Source: Nitrospinales bacterium
GTDB lineage: Bacteria; Nitrospinota; Nitrospinia; Nitrospinales; VA-1
Length of the DNA: 64,000 bases
NCBI GenBank assembly: GCA_965223345.1
Contig: CBDCWG010000012.1
Span: forward strand, 2,752,001 to 2,816,000
Direction: 5' to 3'
The position numbers and the translations under genes were made by a program. This document shows, in pieces, positions 1 to 9,850 of this stretch (within the stretch, counting starts at the first letter, position 1; every line of letters starts with the position of its first letter). Below the pieces are notes generated by a model that did not search any database, had not been told where the DNA came from, and worked only from the letters and a program-made list of their open reading frames with translations.

Positions 1-184
1 TGTCGTGTCCGCCGTGAACGCGTTTGTTGCCGACGCCGTCGCCTTCAAAGCCCGTCGCTGTCAGGTAGGTTTTTTCGCGCACCGGCTGCTTGCGGATGCC
101 CGAAACCACCTGGCCGCGGTTGCCGTCCACCGCGATGCGCTGCGGCTGGGCGATGTTCAACGAGATGAGTGTGGGAGCGCTCAT
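1..184 (-). CDS. MOSC-domain (YiiM-like) protein, N-terminal part; runs off the window start
   Basis: Hand translation from ATG at 184: MSAPTLISLNIAQPQRIAVDGNRGQVVSGIRKQPVREKTYLTATGFEGDGVGNKRVHGGHD; SGIxKxPV...G.EGD...HGG.D pattern of YiiM; ATGA overlap with the nirK stop. Not in the ORF track. Confidence 0.8.
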   Translation of the reverse strand, partial: MSAPTLISLNIAQPQRIAVDGNRGQVVSGIRKQPVREKTYLTATGFEGDGVGNKRVHGGHD

Positions 185-1260
185 TTTGCCTGCAACAGTC
201 TGGGGACGGGGTCGCCCGAAACCTGTAAAAACCCGTACGATCCCCTGTCCAGACGCGACAGGGCGTGATCGACCAGGATGTAATTGCCGGAATTTTCCAG
301 TTTCAACTCGACCGCGGCGGCGCCTCCTGCCGGGATCGCGGTGGTCTGGACCGAACGGTGGGCGTGGTTCACAGCGCCTTCGGGAAACACTGTATCAAAT
401 ATCTCGCCGATGATGTGGAAATTCGATGTCTTGGCGACGCCGCCGTTGCCGACAAAAATCCGCACCGTCTCGCCCTGCCCGGCCTTAAGCGCCCGCTCGC
501 CGCTCAAGGCGCGCACACGCCCGTTCCAAACGATGTATTCGGGTTTTTCATCCATCATTTTGCCCGGCGAGAACGGCTGATAGCCCTTTTCTCCCACCCG
601 GCCCTGCGTGTAAAACTCGCCCTGCATCACGTAAAATTCGCGGTCCACCTGCGGCCAGCCCGCTTCGGGGTCGATGACGATGAGCCCGTACAGGCCATTG
701 GTGATGTGCGACGGCACGTTGGGGCTGGCGCAATGATACAGGAACACGCCGCCATGTGTGGCGGTGAAGCGGATGGTCTTCTCTTTGCCCGGAGCCACCT
801 GGGTGAGATCGCCGCCGCCCCCCGGTCCGGTCACCGCGTGCAGGTCGATGGAATGATCGTGCGTGCTGGAAGCGTGGTTGGCGATCGTCAGCTCGACGGT
901 GTCGCCCTGACGGGCGCGCATCAGCGGACCGGGCACCGTGTTGTCGAAGGTCCAGAACACGAACTCGACGCCGTCGGCAAGCTCCGCCACCACTTCCCGC
1001 ACTTCGAGGCGGAACGTGCGCAGCGAGGGTTTGTTCGCCGTCAGCGAAGGCGGCACATCGGACGCCCGTCGGGAGATGTCTTCAACGCGCAGCAGCTGGC
1101 TGCGGTCCACCTTGTGGATGTGGGGCGCGCGCGCCGGGCCAACGCCTTGCAGGACGTGGCCGTGTCCGGCATGGCCGTTGGCGTCTGCCAGCACGGGCGG
1201 CGGCGCGATGAGCGCCCAGAGCGCCACTCCATAACAGAATGTCGATAACAATTTCTTCAC
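181..1260 (-). CDS. nirK: Copper-containing nitrite reductase with signal peptide
   Basis: HSIDLHA, YHCASPNVPSHITNGLYG, NFHIIGEIFD and LVDH motifs; WTFDNTVPGPLMR; likely GTG start at 1260 (ORF is open to 1311). Confidence 0.92.
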   Translation of the reverse strand: MKKLLSTFCYGVALWALIAPPPVLADANGHAGHGHVLQGVGPARAPHIHKVDRSQLLRVEDISRRASDVPPSLTANKPSLRTFRLEVREVVAELADGVEFVFWTFDNTVPGPLMRARQGDTVELTIANHASSTHDHSIDLHAVTGPGGGGDLTQVAPGKEKTIRFTATHGGVFLYHCASPNVPSHITNGLYGLIVIDPEAGWPQVDREFYVMQGEFYTQGRVGEKGYQPFSPGKMMDEKPEYIVWNGRVRALSGERALKAGQGETVRIFVGNGGVAKTSNFHIIGEIFDTVFPEGAVNHAHRSVQTTAIPAGGAAAVELKLENSGNYILVDHALSRLDRGSYGFLQVSGDPVPRLLQAK

Positions 1261-1407
1261 CGCGTTGTCCAAAATAAAGGAGATTTTTCCGTTTGCGGCC
1301 CGCGGCCGCACAGGCGGGAAAAACGGGTGTCCGCATATCGACTGCGGTCTTGCTGTGTCTTTATTATAAGGACCGGCGGGAAGGAAACGAAAGAAAATAG
1401 CGCGCTC

Positions 1408-3360
1408 TCAACGCATCGGCGGCATTTTGGGGGAGCGATAAAACTGGTAGCAGTTTTTACCCTGTTTTTTGGCCAGATACAGGGCTTCGTCGGCGTGTTT
1501 CATGAGGGTGTTGCTGGTCTCTCCGTCACGCGGATACAGGGCGACGCCGATGCTGAAGGAAATGCGGATCTCCTGATCGTTGATCTGAAACGGAGCCCGC
1601 ACCACGTCCAGCAGCTTGTTCGCCAGGTTGCCCGCATCCTGCGGCGAGTTGATTTCCGGCAGCAGCAGGATGAACTCGTCGCCGCCGAGACGGGCGACGG
1701 TGTCCTGGTTGCGCAGGCATTTTTTCAGGCGCTCGCCGACGCCCTTGAGCAACTGGTCGCCCACGGCGTGTCCCTGGGTGTCGTTGATCTCCTTGAAATG
1801 GTCGAAATCGAGAAACAGGATGGCGAGCATGCTCTGGCTGCGCTGCGCCTGCGCCAGCGCCATTTCCAGCCGGTCGCTCAGCAGGATTCGGTTGGGCAGG
1901 CCGGTCAGGGCGTCGTGATACGCCATGTTGCGGATCAGTCCCTCGGTGTGCTTGCGTTCCAGTTCCGCCCCGGCGCGCGAGGCGAACACTTTCAGGATCG
2001 ACATGGTGCGCTGCTTGTTGGACATGGGCTTGTCGTCGAACACCGAAAGGTGGCCGATGATCTTGCAGTGCGAGTCGAAACAGGGCACGGCGGCGTAGCT
2101 GCGCGAGCTGCCGGAAGCGAGTCGGTCGCGGCCCTTGAACAGTTCCTGCGCGCCGTCGGGATGGTAGGCGAGCATGCCCGCGAGCACTTCCTCGTAGGGT
2201 GTGTCCTCGACGTTGAAATTCTGGTCGGTCATGAACTGGCCGTTTTCCCAGCCTGCGAGGATGGAGCATTCGGTGGATTTGTAGCCCACCAGTTCGGAGA
2301 CGTAGGCGTTTTTCACCGGCAATGCTGAGGCCAGGTGGCGGACGAGAGAACGGAAGAAATCGTCGCCGACGCGCGCCGACGTGCCTTCGACGATCGAATG
2401 GAACGCGGCCTGGTCGTTGTGACGGCGGATTTCACTGCCGATGCTGGCGGCGACGGCCATCAGCATGGACTGCTCGTTTTTCGACCAGGTCTTTTTCGGG
2501 CCGCGGTTGCCGAACGCGACGAACCCCCAGTACTTGTCGTCGATGACGATGGGCACCAGGGTGATGAGCGTCAGGTCCTGCTTTTCCAGCAACCGCTGGA
2601 TGTCGTCGGAAAACTCCTGGGCGGGCAGGCTGACAAAATGCCCCAGCCGCAGCTCGAAATAGCAGGGCTCCAGCCCCAGGTCGCTGTAATTTTTCTCCGG
2701 AAACAGTTCCTCCTGCTGGGTTTCCGCATCGAAGCGGTTGTGCCAGGCGAAGCAGCGCACAAAGCCGCGCTTGCCGTCGGCCTGATCCACATGCTGGTAC
2801 ACGAAGGCGCATTCGGCGTCGGTGGCTTTGCCGAGGATGGCCAGCGCCTCCTGAATCGCGCCGGCGTGGTCGCGGCGAGTGAGCAGGCAGGTGGTGGCTT
2901 CCGAGACGGCCTGCAGCAGGCGGTCCTGGGTGTACAGGGTGTTTTCGGTATTGCGCAGCCGGTCCTTTTCCTTTTCGCGCTGGATCGAATGGTGGATGGC
3001 CTGGGACAGGATTTCTGCGGTCAGGCTGGATTTGGCCAGGTAATCGGTGGCGCCGGCTTTCATGGTTTCGACGGCGATCTCATGGTCCCCCATGCCGGTG
3101 AGAAAGATGATGGGCATGCGGTGGCCCTGGGCGCGGACCTTGCGCAGCAGTTCGATGCCGCTGTTGGCTCCGAGGCGGAAATCGAACAGGCAGGCGTCGT
3201 ACGCATTGCTCTGGATCATGTCGAACGCCTGCGAAGAAGAAGCCGCCCAATCCATCCTGGGGACGTTATCGTAGAAGCCTTCCCGGAGAAATTCCCGGAT
3301 CAGGACCACATCGTCTTCGTCGTCTTCCACGATCAGCAGTTTGAGCTTCGGGTTTCCCAT
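1408..3360 (-). CDS. Diguanylate cyclase, REC-GAF-GAF-GGDEF
   Basis: N-terminal receiver (LIVEDD...LFDFRL...FLTG...YLAK), two GAF-like segments, AYHDALTGLPNR, RNQD I-site and RLGGDEF. Confidence 0.92.
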   Translation of the reverse strand: MGNPKLKLLIVEDDEDDVVLIREFLREGFYDNVPRMDWAASSSQAFDMIQSNAYDACLFDFRLGANSGIELLRKVRAQGHRMPIIFLTGMGDHEIAVETMKAGATDYLAKSSLTAEILSQAIHHSIQREKEKDRLRNTENTLYTQDRLLQAVSEATTCLLTRRDHAGAIQEALAILGKATDAECAFVYQHVDQADGKRGFVRCFAWHNRFDAETQQEELFPEKNYSDLGLEPCYFELRLGHFVSLPAQEFSDDIQRLLEKQDLTLITLVPIVIDDKYWGFVAFGNRGPKKTWSKNEQSMLMAVAASIGSEIRRHNDQAAFHSIVEGTSARVGDDFFRSLVRHLASALPVKNAYVSELVGYKSTECSILAGWENGQFMTDQNFNVEDTPYEEVLAGMLAYHPDGAQELFKGRDRLASGSSRSYAAVPCFDSHCKIIGHLSVFDDKPMSNKQRTMSILKVFASRAGAELERKHTEGLIRNMAYHDALTGLPNRILLSDRLEMALAQAQRSQSMLAILFLDFDHFKEINDTQGHAVGDQLLKGVGERLKKCLRNQDTVARLGGDEFILLLPEINSPQDAGNLANKLLDVVRAPFQINDQEIRISFSIGVALYPRDGETSNTLMKHADEALYLAKKQGKNCYQFYRSPKMPPMR

Positions 3361-3534
3361 AGGCCTTCGGTCAGAGGGATTTCAGAGAATTCGCAATGGA
3401 GGACCACTTCTACCATGATAAGTTCAACCCTTTGTAAATTCAAGGAAATCAAGCAATTCGGCGGGTTTCGGGGTGGCCGCGCCGATCGTGCGAAAGCTCG
3501 GGGCCCGGTCGGTAAACCAGGCTTTTTCAAGCCA

Positions 3535-4515
3535 TTAAGGCATCCACATGTACATGAAATGCGGCGAGGTGGTTTCCAGGTTGAGCCCCAGGTCGATGTT
3601 GATCATGTTGAACGTGGGCGGGGCCGCCGGCGTGGAGGAATACAGATTGGATTTGTACTCGCCCGGCCGGTGGTAGGCGATGATTTTGGGATCGCTGAGC
3701 CCCATCTCCACCCGGATGGTGTCCAGAGTCTGGTCCAGATAACCGATCATGTCGATCAGTTTCGCTTCCATCGCCTTCTCCGCCGTGAACACCCGCCCGT
3801 CCGCCAGGGTCTTGACGTCTTCCAGCTCCAGTTCGGGCCGGTTTTCGGCGATGATCGTCAAAAAGCGTTCGTGGTAGCTGTCGATGGTGGACTGGAACAG
3901 CTTGCGCTCCTCGGCGGTCAGGCGGCGCAGCGGCGAGAGAAAGTCCTTTTTGTCGGCGGATTTCACTATTTCCCAGTCCACGCCCACCTTGTGCAGCAGC
4001 CCTTCGAGATTCACCTTGAGGGCGATCACGCCGATGCTGCCGGTGAGGGAGGTCGGGTGCCCGACGATCTTGTCCCCGGCCATGGCGATGTAATAGCCTC
4101 CGGATGCGGCCATGTCCAGGATGGACACGTACACGCGGGTGTTCGTCCTCTCTTTGTAGGCCTGGATCTCATGGTAGATGATGTCGCTCGAAGTGACGGT
4201 GCCGCCGGGGCTGTTGATGCGCACGAGCAGCGCCTTGATGCGCCGGTCCTGTTCAGCTTTCGCGAGGATCTCGCGCACGCGCTCCACCATGCCGACTTTG
4301 ATGGGATGCCCGGTGATGGCGCGTTTTTCCTGGTTGTTGATCATTCCGTGGATGTCGAGGACCAGCACTTTTTCCGGCCCGTGCCCGGACAGGGTTTTTT
4401 CCTTGAGCGGGGCGATGGTGGGGCCGATCTTCAGGGCGGCGCAGCCTGAAACGAGAAACAGGCAGGCGATCAGAAACGCAGACTGGGTGATGACGGATGA
4501 TTTGAACGTGTCCAC
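3535..4515 (-). CDS. sppA: Signal peptide peptidase, short (36K) type, probable lipoprotein
   Basis: RINSPGG, MAASGGYYIA, TGSIGV, DGRVFT; lipobox-like VSGC. Confidence 0.9.
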   Translation of the reverse strand: MDTFKSSVITQSAFLIACLFLVSGCAALKIGPTIAPLKEKTLSGHGPEKVLVLDIHGMINNQEKRAITGHPIKVGMVERVREILAKAEQDRRIKALLVRINSPGGTVTSSDIIYHEIQAYKERTNTRVYVSILDMAASGGYYIAMAGDKIVGHPTSLTGSIGVIALKVNLEGLLHKVGVDWEIVKSADKKDFLSPLRRLTAEERKLFQSTIDSYHERFLTIIAENRPELELEDVKTLADGRVFTAEKAMEAKLIDMIGYLDQTLDTIRVEMGLSDPKIIAYHRPGEYKSNLYSSTPAAPPTFNMINIDLGLNLETTSPHFMYMWMP

Positions 4516-4621
4516 GGGGCTCCTCGAGTTGGTGAGTGAATGGGTTCAGAGGATCTCTGATGTTCGGGATGGTTGACGCGCTGGCCTGGATGCTGCGGGA
4601 TGGATTGCGGCCCGGCGTCGT

Positions 4622-5533
4622 TCAGTCGTTTATGATTGCATAAAAGGGTTTCCATTTCGAGAGCACACGGTCGAAATCGGGGTTGCCCATGAGGCTCTCC
4701 TGAATTTTTATCTGCGCTTTTTCGACGATCTCGGCGTTGCGCTGTTCTTTGGGGTTCGCCGCCTGTTTGGCCAGGGTGTGGAGAGAATAGATCATTTCCT
4801 TCAGGTTCATCGCCTCGCGGGCGACCCGCATTTTCCATTCCTTCCTTTCGGACACTTTGTGCGCCGGGGGAATGTCGCGCTCGATCTGTTTTCCCCGCTT
4901 CACGCATTCGACGATGCCTGCGTGCACGCCGCCCAGCACGGCGGCGTCTTTGCCCGCGTCTTTCAATTTGGCGAAGATGCTGTGGATCTCCTGCAGAACG
5001 GGAATCAGGGTCAACTGGATCAGCGTGTCCTGGTCGATGCCGTATTTTTCGGTCAGTTCCTTAGGGGAGATCTTTTTGTCGCTGCTGAATTCGGCGTTGA
5101 GCGTGTCGATGAGCTTCTGCATGCCGCTTTCCAGTTTCTCTTTCGTGGCGGCGCGGCTGCTTTCGATGCGGCGGTCGAGTTCCTCGGCCTGACCGAGCAG
5201 GTTGAAGTGATCGCGGTATTTCTTGTTCAGCTCGAAGAGGATGGCATCCACTTCCCGGTTGAGGTGGGTGATCACGCGCAGGTGCCGTTCCGGATCGATG
5301 GGCACCTGGAATTTCTTGCGGATCTCCTTTTCCACCTTGAACATATCCTTGGGAATGGAGCGCAGCAGTTTTTCGTAGGAGGCGTACACCGCGTCCATCC
5401 GCTCCATGGTGTTTTTCTTGTTCTCCTTGGTGAAGCGGATGTTGATCTTACCCACTCTTACGGAGTTTTCCTGGATCAGGGAGAGCAGTTTTTTCTGCCC
5501 CATCGCGTCGATTTTGGTGTCTAAGTCTTCCAT
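4622..5533 (-). CDS. Hypothetical alpha-helical protein (303 aa)
   Basis: K/E-rich coding-like ORF from MEDLDTKID; the upstream extension in the ORF track overlaps the next gene; no family recognised. Confidence 0.7.
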   Translation of the reverse strand: MEDLDTKIDAMGQKKLLSLIQENSVRVGKINIRFTKENKKNTMERMDAVYASYEKLLRSIPKDMFKVEKEIRKKFQVPIDPERHLRVITHLNREVDAILFELNKKYRDHFNLLGQAEELDRRIESSRAATKEKLESGMQKLIDTLNAEFSSDKKISPKELTEKYGIDQDTLIQLTLIPVLQEIHSIFAKLKDAGKDAAVLGGVHAGIVECVKRGKQIERDIPPAHKVSERKEWKMRVAREAMNLKEMIYSLHTLAKQAANPKEQRNAEIVEKAQIKIQESLMGNPDFDRVLSKWKPFYAIIND

Positions 5534-5558
5534 CCGGGTGAATGCGGTCTGCCTGGAG

Positions 5559-6353
5559 TCAACGGTTCTCGATCGGGGTGGATTGAGCGCAACGGCAGCC
5601 GATGCCGTAGAAATCGTTGGCATCGTTGTATCCGTAACGGCTGGAGGATCTGAGGTACCCCGGCAGGCTGTTCCAGGCACCCCCGCGGATCGTGTGGTAT
5701 TTCCCCCGCTCGGGCCCTTGCGGGTTTTTGTAGGGGCTGACCTTATAATAATTTTTATCATACCAGTCGTGCACCCATTCGGCAACATTTCCGGCCAGGT
5801 TGAACACCCCTTCGGGCGTCTTCCCAAGCGGGTTTTCGCTCACTTCGCTGAGCACCAGGCCTTTCTGGATGAAACAGCAGCGGTTGAAATTGGCCCGGGA
5901 CGGATCGGGCAGTTCGTCACCCCAGGGGTAGAGCCGGCTCTGCAACCCCGCCGCGGCGCGTTCCCACTCCGCTTCGGTGGGCAGGCGCTTGCCCTTCCAG
6001 ATACAGTAATCGCGGCAGCGTTTCCAGGTCAGACCGAACACGGGCCGCTGTGCCATGTCCGGCCGGATCTTGCGGTCGAACCAGCCGGTGATGGTCGGGT
6101 GCTGCTTCGGGTTGGCTTCCAGGTAGCGCTCGAAATCCCGGCCGCTGGCCTCGTAGCGGTCGATGGCGTAGGCATCCAGGTAGACCTTGTGGCGCGGCCA
6201 TTCGTCCTTGCGCCCCTCGCCTTCGGGGCTTCCCATCCAGAACTCGCCCGCCGGAAACGCGATCATGTCGGTTTTATCGGCGGCGTGGGTGTGCGCCGGA
6301 AACAACACGGAAACCCAGGCGCAGACTGCAATCCAAAGTATCACTCGCTGCAT
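5559..6353 (-). CDS. Formylglycine-generating enzyme (FGE/SUMF1) family protein, exported
   Basis: GEFWMGS, EWPRHKV, RLPTEAEWERAA, LAGNVAEWVHDWY, RGGAW, IGCRC; N-terminal signal peptide. Confidence 0.9.
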   Translation of the reverse strand: MQRVILWIAVCAWVSVLFPAHTHAADKTDMIAFPAGEFWMGSPEGEGRKDEWPRHKVYLDAYAIDRYEASGRDFERYLEANPKQHPTITGWFDRKIRPDMAQRPVFGLTWKRCRDYCIWKGKRLPTEAEWERAAAGLQSRLYPWGDELPDPSRANFNRCCFIQKGLVLSEVSENPLGKTPEGVFNLAGNVAEWVHDWYDKNYYKVSPYKNPQGPERGKYHTIRGGAWNSLPGYLRSSSRYGYNDANDFYGIGCRCAQSTPIENR

Positions 6354-6508
6354 GATTTCGGTATAAAAATATTGTGCCATCCCAGCGATGGCTTTATGAT
6401 AGACCCGGCTGCGAAAAGCGGCCGCATCGGTATTGAACCTGCAAACTCTTCTCCAAGACGGCAACGCCCCGCCTGACTCCCCCGCCGGGGCGCCGTTGCG
6501 ATTCCCCT

Positions 6509-6997
6509 GTGCGATTCATCAAACAGATCGACCGGTTTCTGGCAGGCATCGAGGCGTTCGGCGTCACGCTGATCCTGTCGGTGATGATCGGGCTGACGTT
6601 CGTGCAGGTGATCCTGCGCAACCTGTTCAGCGGCGGCATCCTGTGGGCGGACCTGATGGTCCGGCAACTGGTTTTGTGGGTGGGTTTTCTCGGCGCTTCG
6701 CTGGCGGTGCGGGAGAGCAAGCACATTGCGATCGATTTTCTGCCGCATTTTCTCCCCGCTTCCTTCAAAAAACCCGTGCGTTTTTTCACCCACATCGCCG
6801 CTGCCGTGGTCAGCGCGCTGCTGGCCAGAGCGGCGTTCAGTTTTGTCCGCTTCGAACAGGAAGGCGGATCGATTCTCTTCCTGGACATCCCGGTGTGGTG
6901 GTTCCAGGTCATCCTGCCTTACGGATTCTGCGTGATCGCCGTGCGCTTCGTGATCCAGGCGCTGGACGTCGTGTTCTCCCCCAACTCCTCCGACTGA
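6509..6997 (+). CDS. dctQ: TRAP transporter small permease
   Basis: Four TM segments, QVILRN, FLGASLA...HIAID. Confidence 0.88.
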   Translation: MRFIKQIDRFLAGIEAFGVTLILSVMIGLTFVQVILRNLFSGGILWADLMVRQLVLWVGFLGASLAVRESKHIAIDFLPHFLPASFKKPVRFFTHIAAAVVSALLARAAFSFVRFEQEGGSILFLDIPVWWFQVILPYGFCVIAVRFVIQALDVVFSPNSSD

Positions 6998-8272
6998 ATG
7001 ACCACCCTGCTGATAGCCTGCCTGCTCCTGCTCGCCGTTCTCGGCGTTCCCCTGTACGCGGTGATCGGACTGGCGGCGCTGATCTCGTTCGGTCAAGCCG
7101 AGATCGAACCGGCGGGCATCTTCATCGAGCTGTACCGGGTGACCAGCAATCCGACGCTGGTGGCGATCCCCCTGTTCACGTTCGCGGGCTTCATCCTCGC
7201 CAACGGCAAAACCCCGGAACGGCTGACCCGCCTCTCGCAGGAATTCCTCGGCGGCATCCGCGGCGGCGTGCCGCTCGTGGTGCTGACGGCCTGCGCGTTC
7301 TTCACGGCGTTCACCGGCGCTTCCGGCGTCACCATCATCGCGCTGGGAGGCTTATTGTACCCCCTGTTGCTCAAGGAAATGTACTCCAAAAATTTTTCTT
7401 TGGGCCTCATGACCTCTTCGGGCAGCCTGGGGCTGTTGTTCCCTCCCTCGATACCGCTGATCCTGTACGGGCTGGTGGCGCAGGTGAACGTGGACCAGCT
7501 GTTTCTCGCGGGGATCGTGCCGGGGATACTGATGATCGGGATCGTCGGCGTGTACAGCGTGTGGAAGAGCCGCAACTTTCAGATTCCGCGCAAGCCTTTC
7601 GAACTCGCCTCGGCCTGGCAGGCGCTCAGGGACGCGATCTGGGAGATCCCCCTGCCCTTTCTCATCCTGTTCGGGATTTACGGCGGCATCATCACGGTGA
7701 CCGAGGCGGCGGCGGTGACGGTGGTCTACGTGATCGTGGTCGAATCGCTGATCTACAGGGACCTGCATCCGTTTCAGGACCTGCCGCGCATCATGCGCGA
7801 GAGTATGGTGCTGGTGGGCGCGATCCTCATCATCTTGGGCACGGCGATGGGCTTCACCAGCTACCTGATCGACGAGCAGGTGCCGATGCAGCTTCTGGAT
7901 TTCATGAAGCAGTACATCGACAACCCGCTGACCTTTCTCATCGCACTGAACGTGTTCCTGCTGATCGTCGGCTGCATGATGGACATCTTCTCCGCCCTCA
8001 TCGTGGTCGTCCCGCTGATCGTTCCCATCGCCAAGAGCTTCGATGTGAACATGGTCCACCTGGGGATCATTTTTCTCACCAACCTGGAGATCGGCTACTC
8101 GACGCCGCCGGTGGGGATCAACCTGTTCATCGCCAGCTCGCGCTTCGAGGAACCCATCGTCAAGCTGTACCGCGCGGCGCTGCCGTTTCTCGGTCTCAGG
8201 CTCATCGGACTGCTGCTCATCACGTATTTACCCTTCCTCAGTCTTTTCCTGGTGGACTGGGTGGCGCGTTGA
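6998..8272 (+). CDS. dctM: TRAP transporter large permease
   Basis: LVAIPLFTFAG, LFPPSIPLILYG, TPPVGINLF; about 12 TM segments. Confidence 0.92.
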   Translation: MTTLLIACLLLLAVLGVPLYAVIGLAALISFGQAEIEPAGIFIELYRVTSNPTLVAIPLFTFAGFILANGKTPERLTRLSQEFLGGIRGGVPLVVLTACAFFTAFTGASGVTIIALGGLLYPLLLKEMYSKNFSLGLMTSSGSLGLLFPPSIPLILYGLVAQVNVDQLFLAGIVPGILMIGIVGVYSVWKSRNFQIPRKPFELASAWQALRDAIWEIPLPFLILFGIYGGIITVTEAAAVTVVYVIVVESLIYRDLHPFQDLPRIMRESMVLVGAILIILGTAMGFTSYLIDEQVPMQLLDFMKQYIDNPLTFLIALNVFLLIVGCMMDIFSALIVVVPLIVPIAKSFDVNMVHLGIIFLTNLEIGYSTPPVGINLFIASSRFEEPIVKLYRAALPFLGLRLIGLLLITYLPFLSLFLVDWVAR

Positions 8273-8303
8273 GGCCGGTTTTTCAAAGCTTCCCGATTTA
8301 AAT

Positions 8304-8332
8304 TTGACAAGTCCCGTTTCGCTCTTCACAAT
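8304..8332 (+). promoter_or_regulatory. Sigma70-type promoter for the PHP-ogt-recO-ridA run
   Basis: TTGACA-17 nt-CACAAT upstream of the ATG at 8389. Confidence 0.6.
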
Positions 8333-8388
8333 GGGGAACTCACCCAAAACTGCTTGTAAAATCAAGAGGATGGAGAGCTTCCCCTGCT

Positions 8389-9297
8389 ATGAATCGACGC
8401 ACTTTTCTTAAGACCGTCACCGGTTTGACGATGGGTCTCGCCGGCGCGCACCTGGCCCTGCCCTACAAAGCCAAAGCCGGCATCGTTTCGCCCGTCACCG
8501 ACTTTGTGGCGCGCAATTATTTGGATAGCCGAATCAAACGAAATATTCTAGAATTGAAGGCGCAGAATCCCGGTCTGAAAGTGGGCGAGACGCATTGTCA
8601 TTCCACCTTTTCCGACGGGCATTTCCCGGTGGCCGACATCGTGAACCGCGCGGCGGATCTGGGGCTGGATTATCTGGTCATCTCGGAACACGTGATGCCG
8701 GAAACGTATCCCCTGGAAGCGACGCTGGATTCCATCCGCGAACGCTGGCGCTGTCTGCAGGAATGGAACAACGCCAACGCGCAGCCGATCCAGCTCTACC
8801 CGGCGTTCGAGGTCAGCACCCGCGAGGGGCACCTGATCCTGGTTCTGGATGAGGATTACCTGAACCCCCGGCTGCATGGGGAGATCCGCACGCAGTTCGC
8901 CGGTTTCGACCGGCGCTACGAGCGGGTGGACACCGTCGCGAAACTCGCCGCCCCGTTCGGCGGCATTTCGATCATCCCGCACCCGGAGATCGAGCGCAGC
9001 TATCCGTTCGGGATTCCGGTGAATTTTGCGAAGAAGAATCTCACGGGCCTGGTGGATGCGATCGAGGATGTGTCCACCGGCCACGGATATGCGGAAAATT
9101 TTTCCCAGGATCTGGGAATGGCTGCGATCGGTTCCAGCGACGATCATTTCAACGTCCTGGTCGGCACCACGGTGACCGGATTCGATGCGCGCCAGCACAA
9201 GGATTTCATCGCCGCGGTCAAGGCGAAAGCCACGCGGGCCATCAAGGTGGAAGATTCCATCGATCCCCTTCTGGCCGCGGCCAGATTGGTTTTGTGA
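8389..9297 (+). CDS. PHP-domain metallophosphoesterase-like protein with Tat signal
   Basis: MNRRTFLK twin-arginine motif; HCHSTFSDG, ISEH, EVSTREGH, PHP, GSSDDH. Confidence 0.82.
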   Translation: MNRRTFLKTVTGLTMGLAGAHLALPYKAKAGIVSPVTDFVARNYLDSRIKRNILELKAQNPGLKVGETHCHSTFSDGHFPVADIVNRAADLGLDYLVISEHVMPETYPLEATLDSIRERWRCLQEWNNANAQPIQLYPAFEVSTREGHLILVLDEDYLNPRLHGEIRTQFAGFDRRYERVDTVAKLAAPFGGISIIPHPEIERSYPFGIPVNFAKKNLTGLVDAIEDVSTGHGYAENFSQDLGMAAIGSSDDHFNVLVGTTVTGFDARQHKDFIAAVKAKATRAIKVEDSIDPLLAAARLVL

Positions 9298-9298
9298 T

Positions 9299-9850
9299 AT
9301 GTGGAATGGTGCTCGCACCCCTCAATCCGGCAATCAACCCATCCATTACAACGTCGTCTCTCTCCCTCAGGACCGCATCGGCCTGGCCGCATCCGAAAAG
9401 GGCCTGTTCTGCCTGGTGCTCGGGCTGCAAAACGAACAGGAATTCCTCGATCTTCTGAAAAAATACCGGGTCCGCAACCCCGTCCGCGATGCGTCGCGGT
9501 TTGAGACCGTGACCCGCGAGCTTGAGCAGTATTACGCCGGCAAGCTGGAAACCTTTTCCTGCCCGCTGGATCTGACCCCGGGCACGGCGTTTCAGCAGCA
9601 GGTGTGGCGCACGCTGCAGACGATCCCCTACGGGGAGACCCGCAGCTACCGCTGGCTGGCAGAGGCTGTCGGCCGTCCCAGGGCGATGCGCGCGGTGGGC
9701 AATGCCAACGGCAAGAATCCGCTGCCGATCGTCGTCCCCTGTCACCGCGTGGTGCGTGAAAACGGCGGCCTGGGAGGGTACACCGGCGGCGTGCACATCA
9801 AACGATCCCTCCTGGATCTGGAATCGGGAATCCGTGGGGCTTTATCATAG
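9299..9850 (+). CDS. ogt: Methylated-DNA--protein-cysteine methyltransferase
   Basis: GTAFQQQVW, IPYGETRSY, RAVGNANGKNP, PCHRV; start uncertain. Confidence 0.92.
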   Translation: MWNGARTPQSGNQPIHYNVVSLPQDRIGLAASEKGLFCLVLGLQNEQEFLDLLKKYRVRNPVRDASRFETVTRELEQYYAGKLETFSCPLDLTPGTAFQQQVWRTLQTIPYGETRSYRWLAEAVGRPRAMRAVGNANGKNPLPIVVPCHRVVRENGGLGGYTGGVHIKRSLLDLESGIRGALS

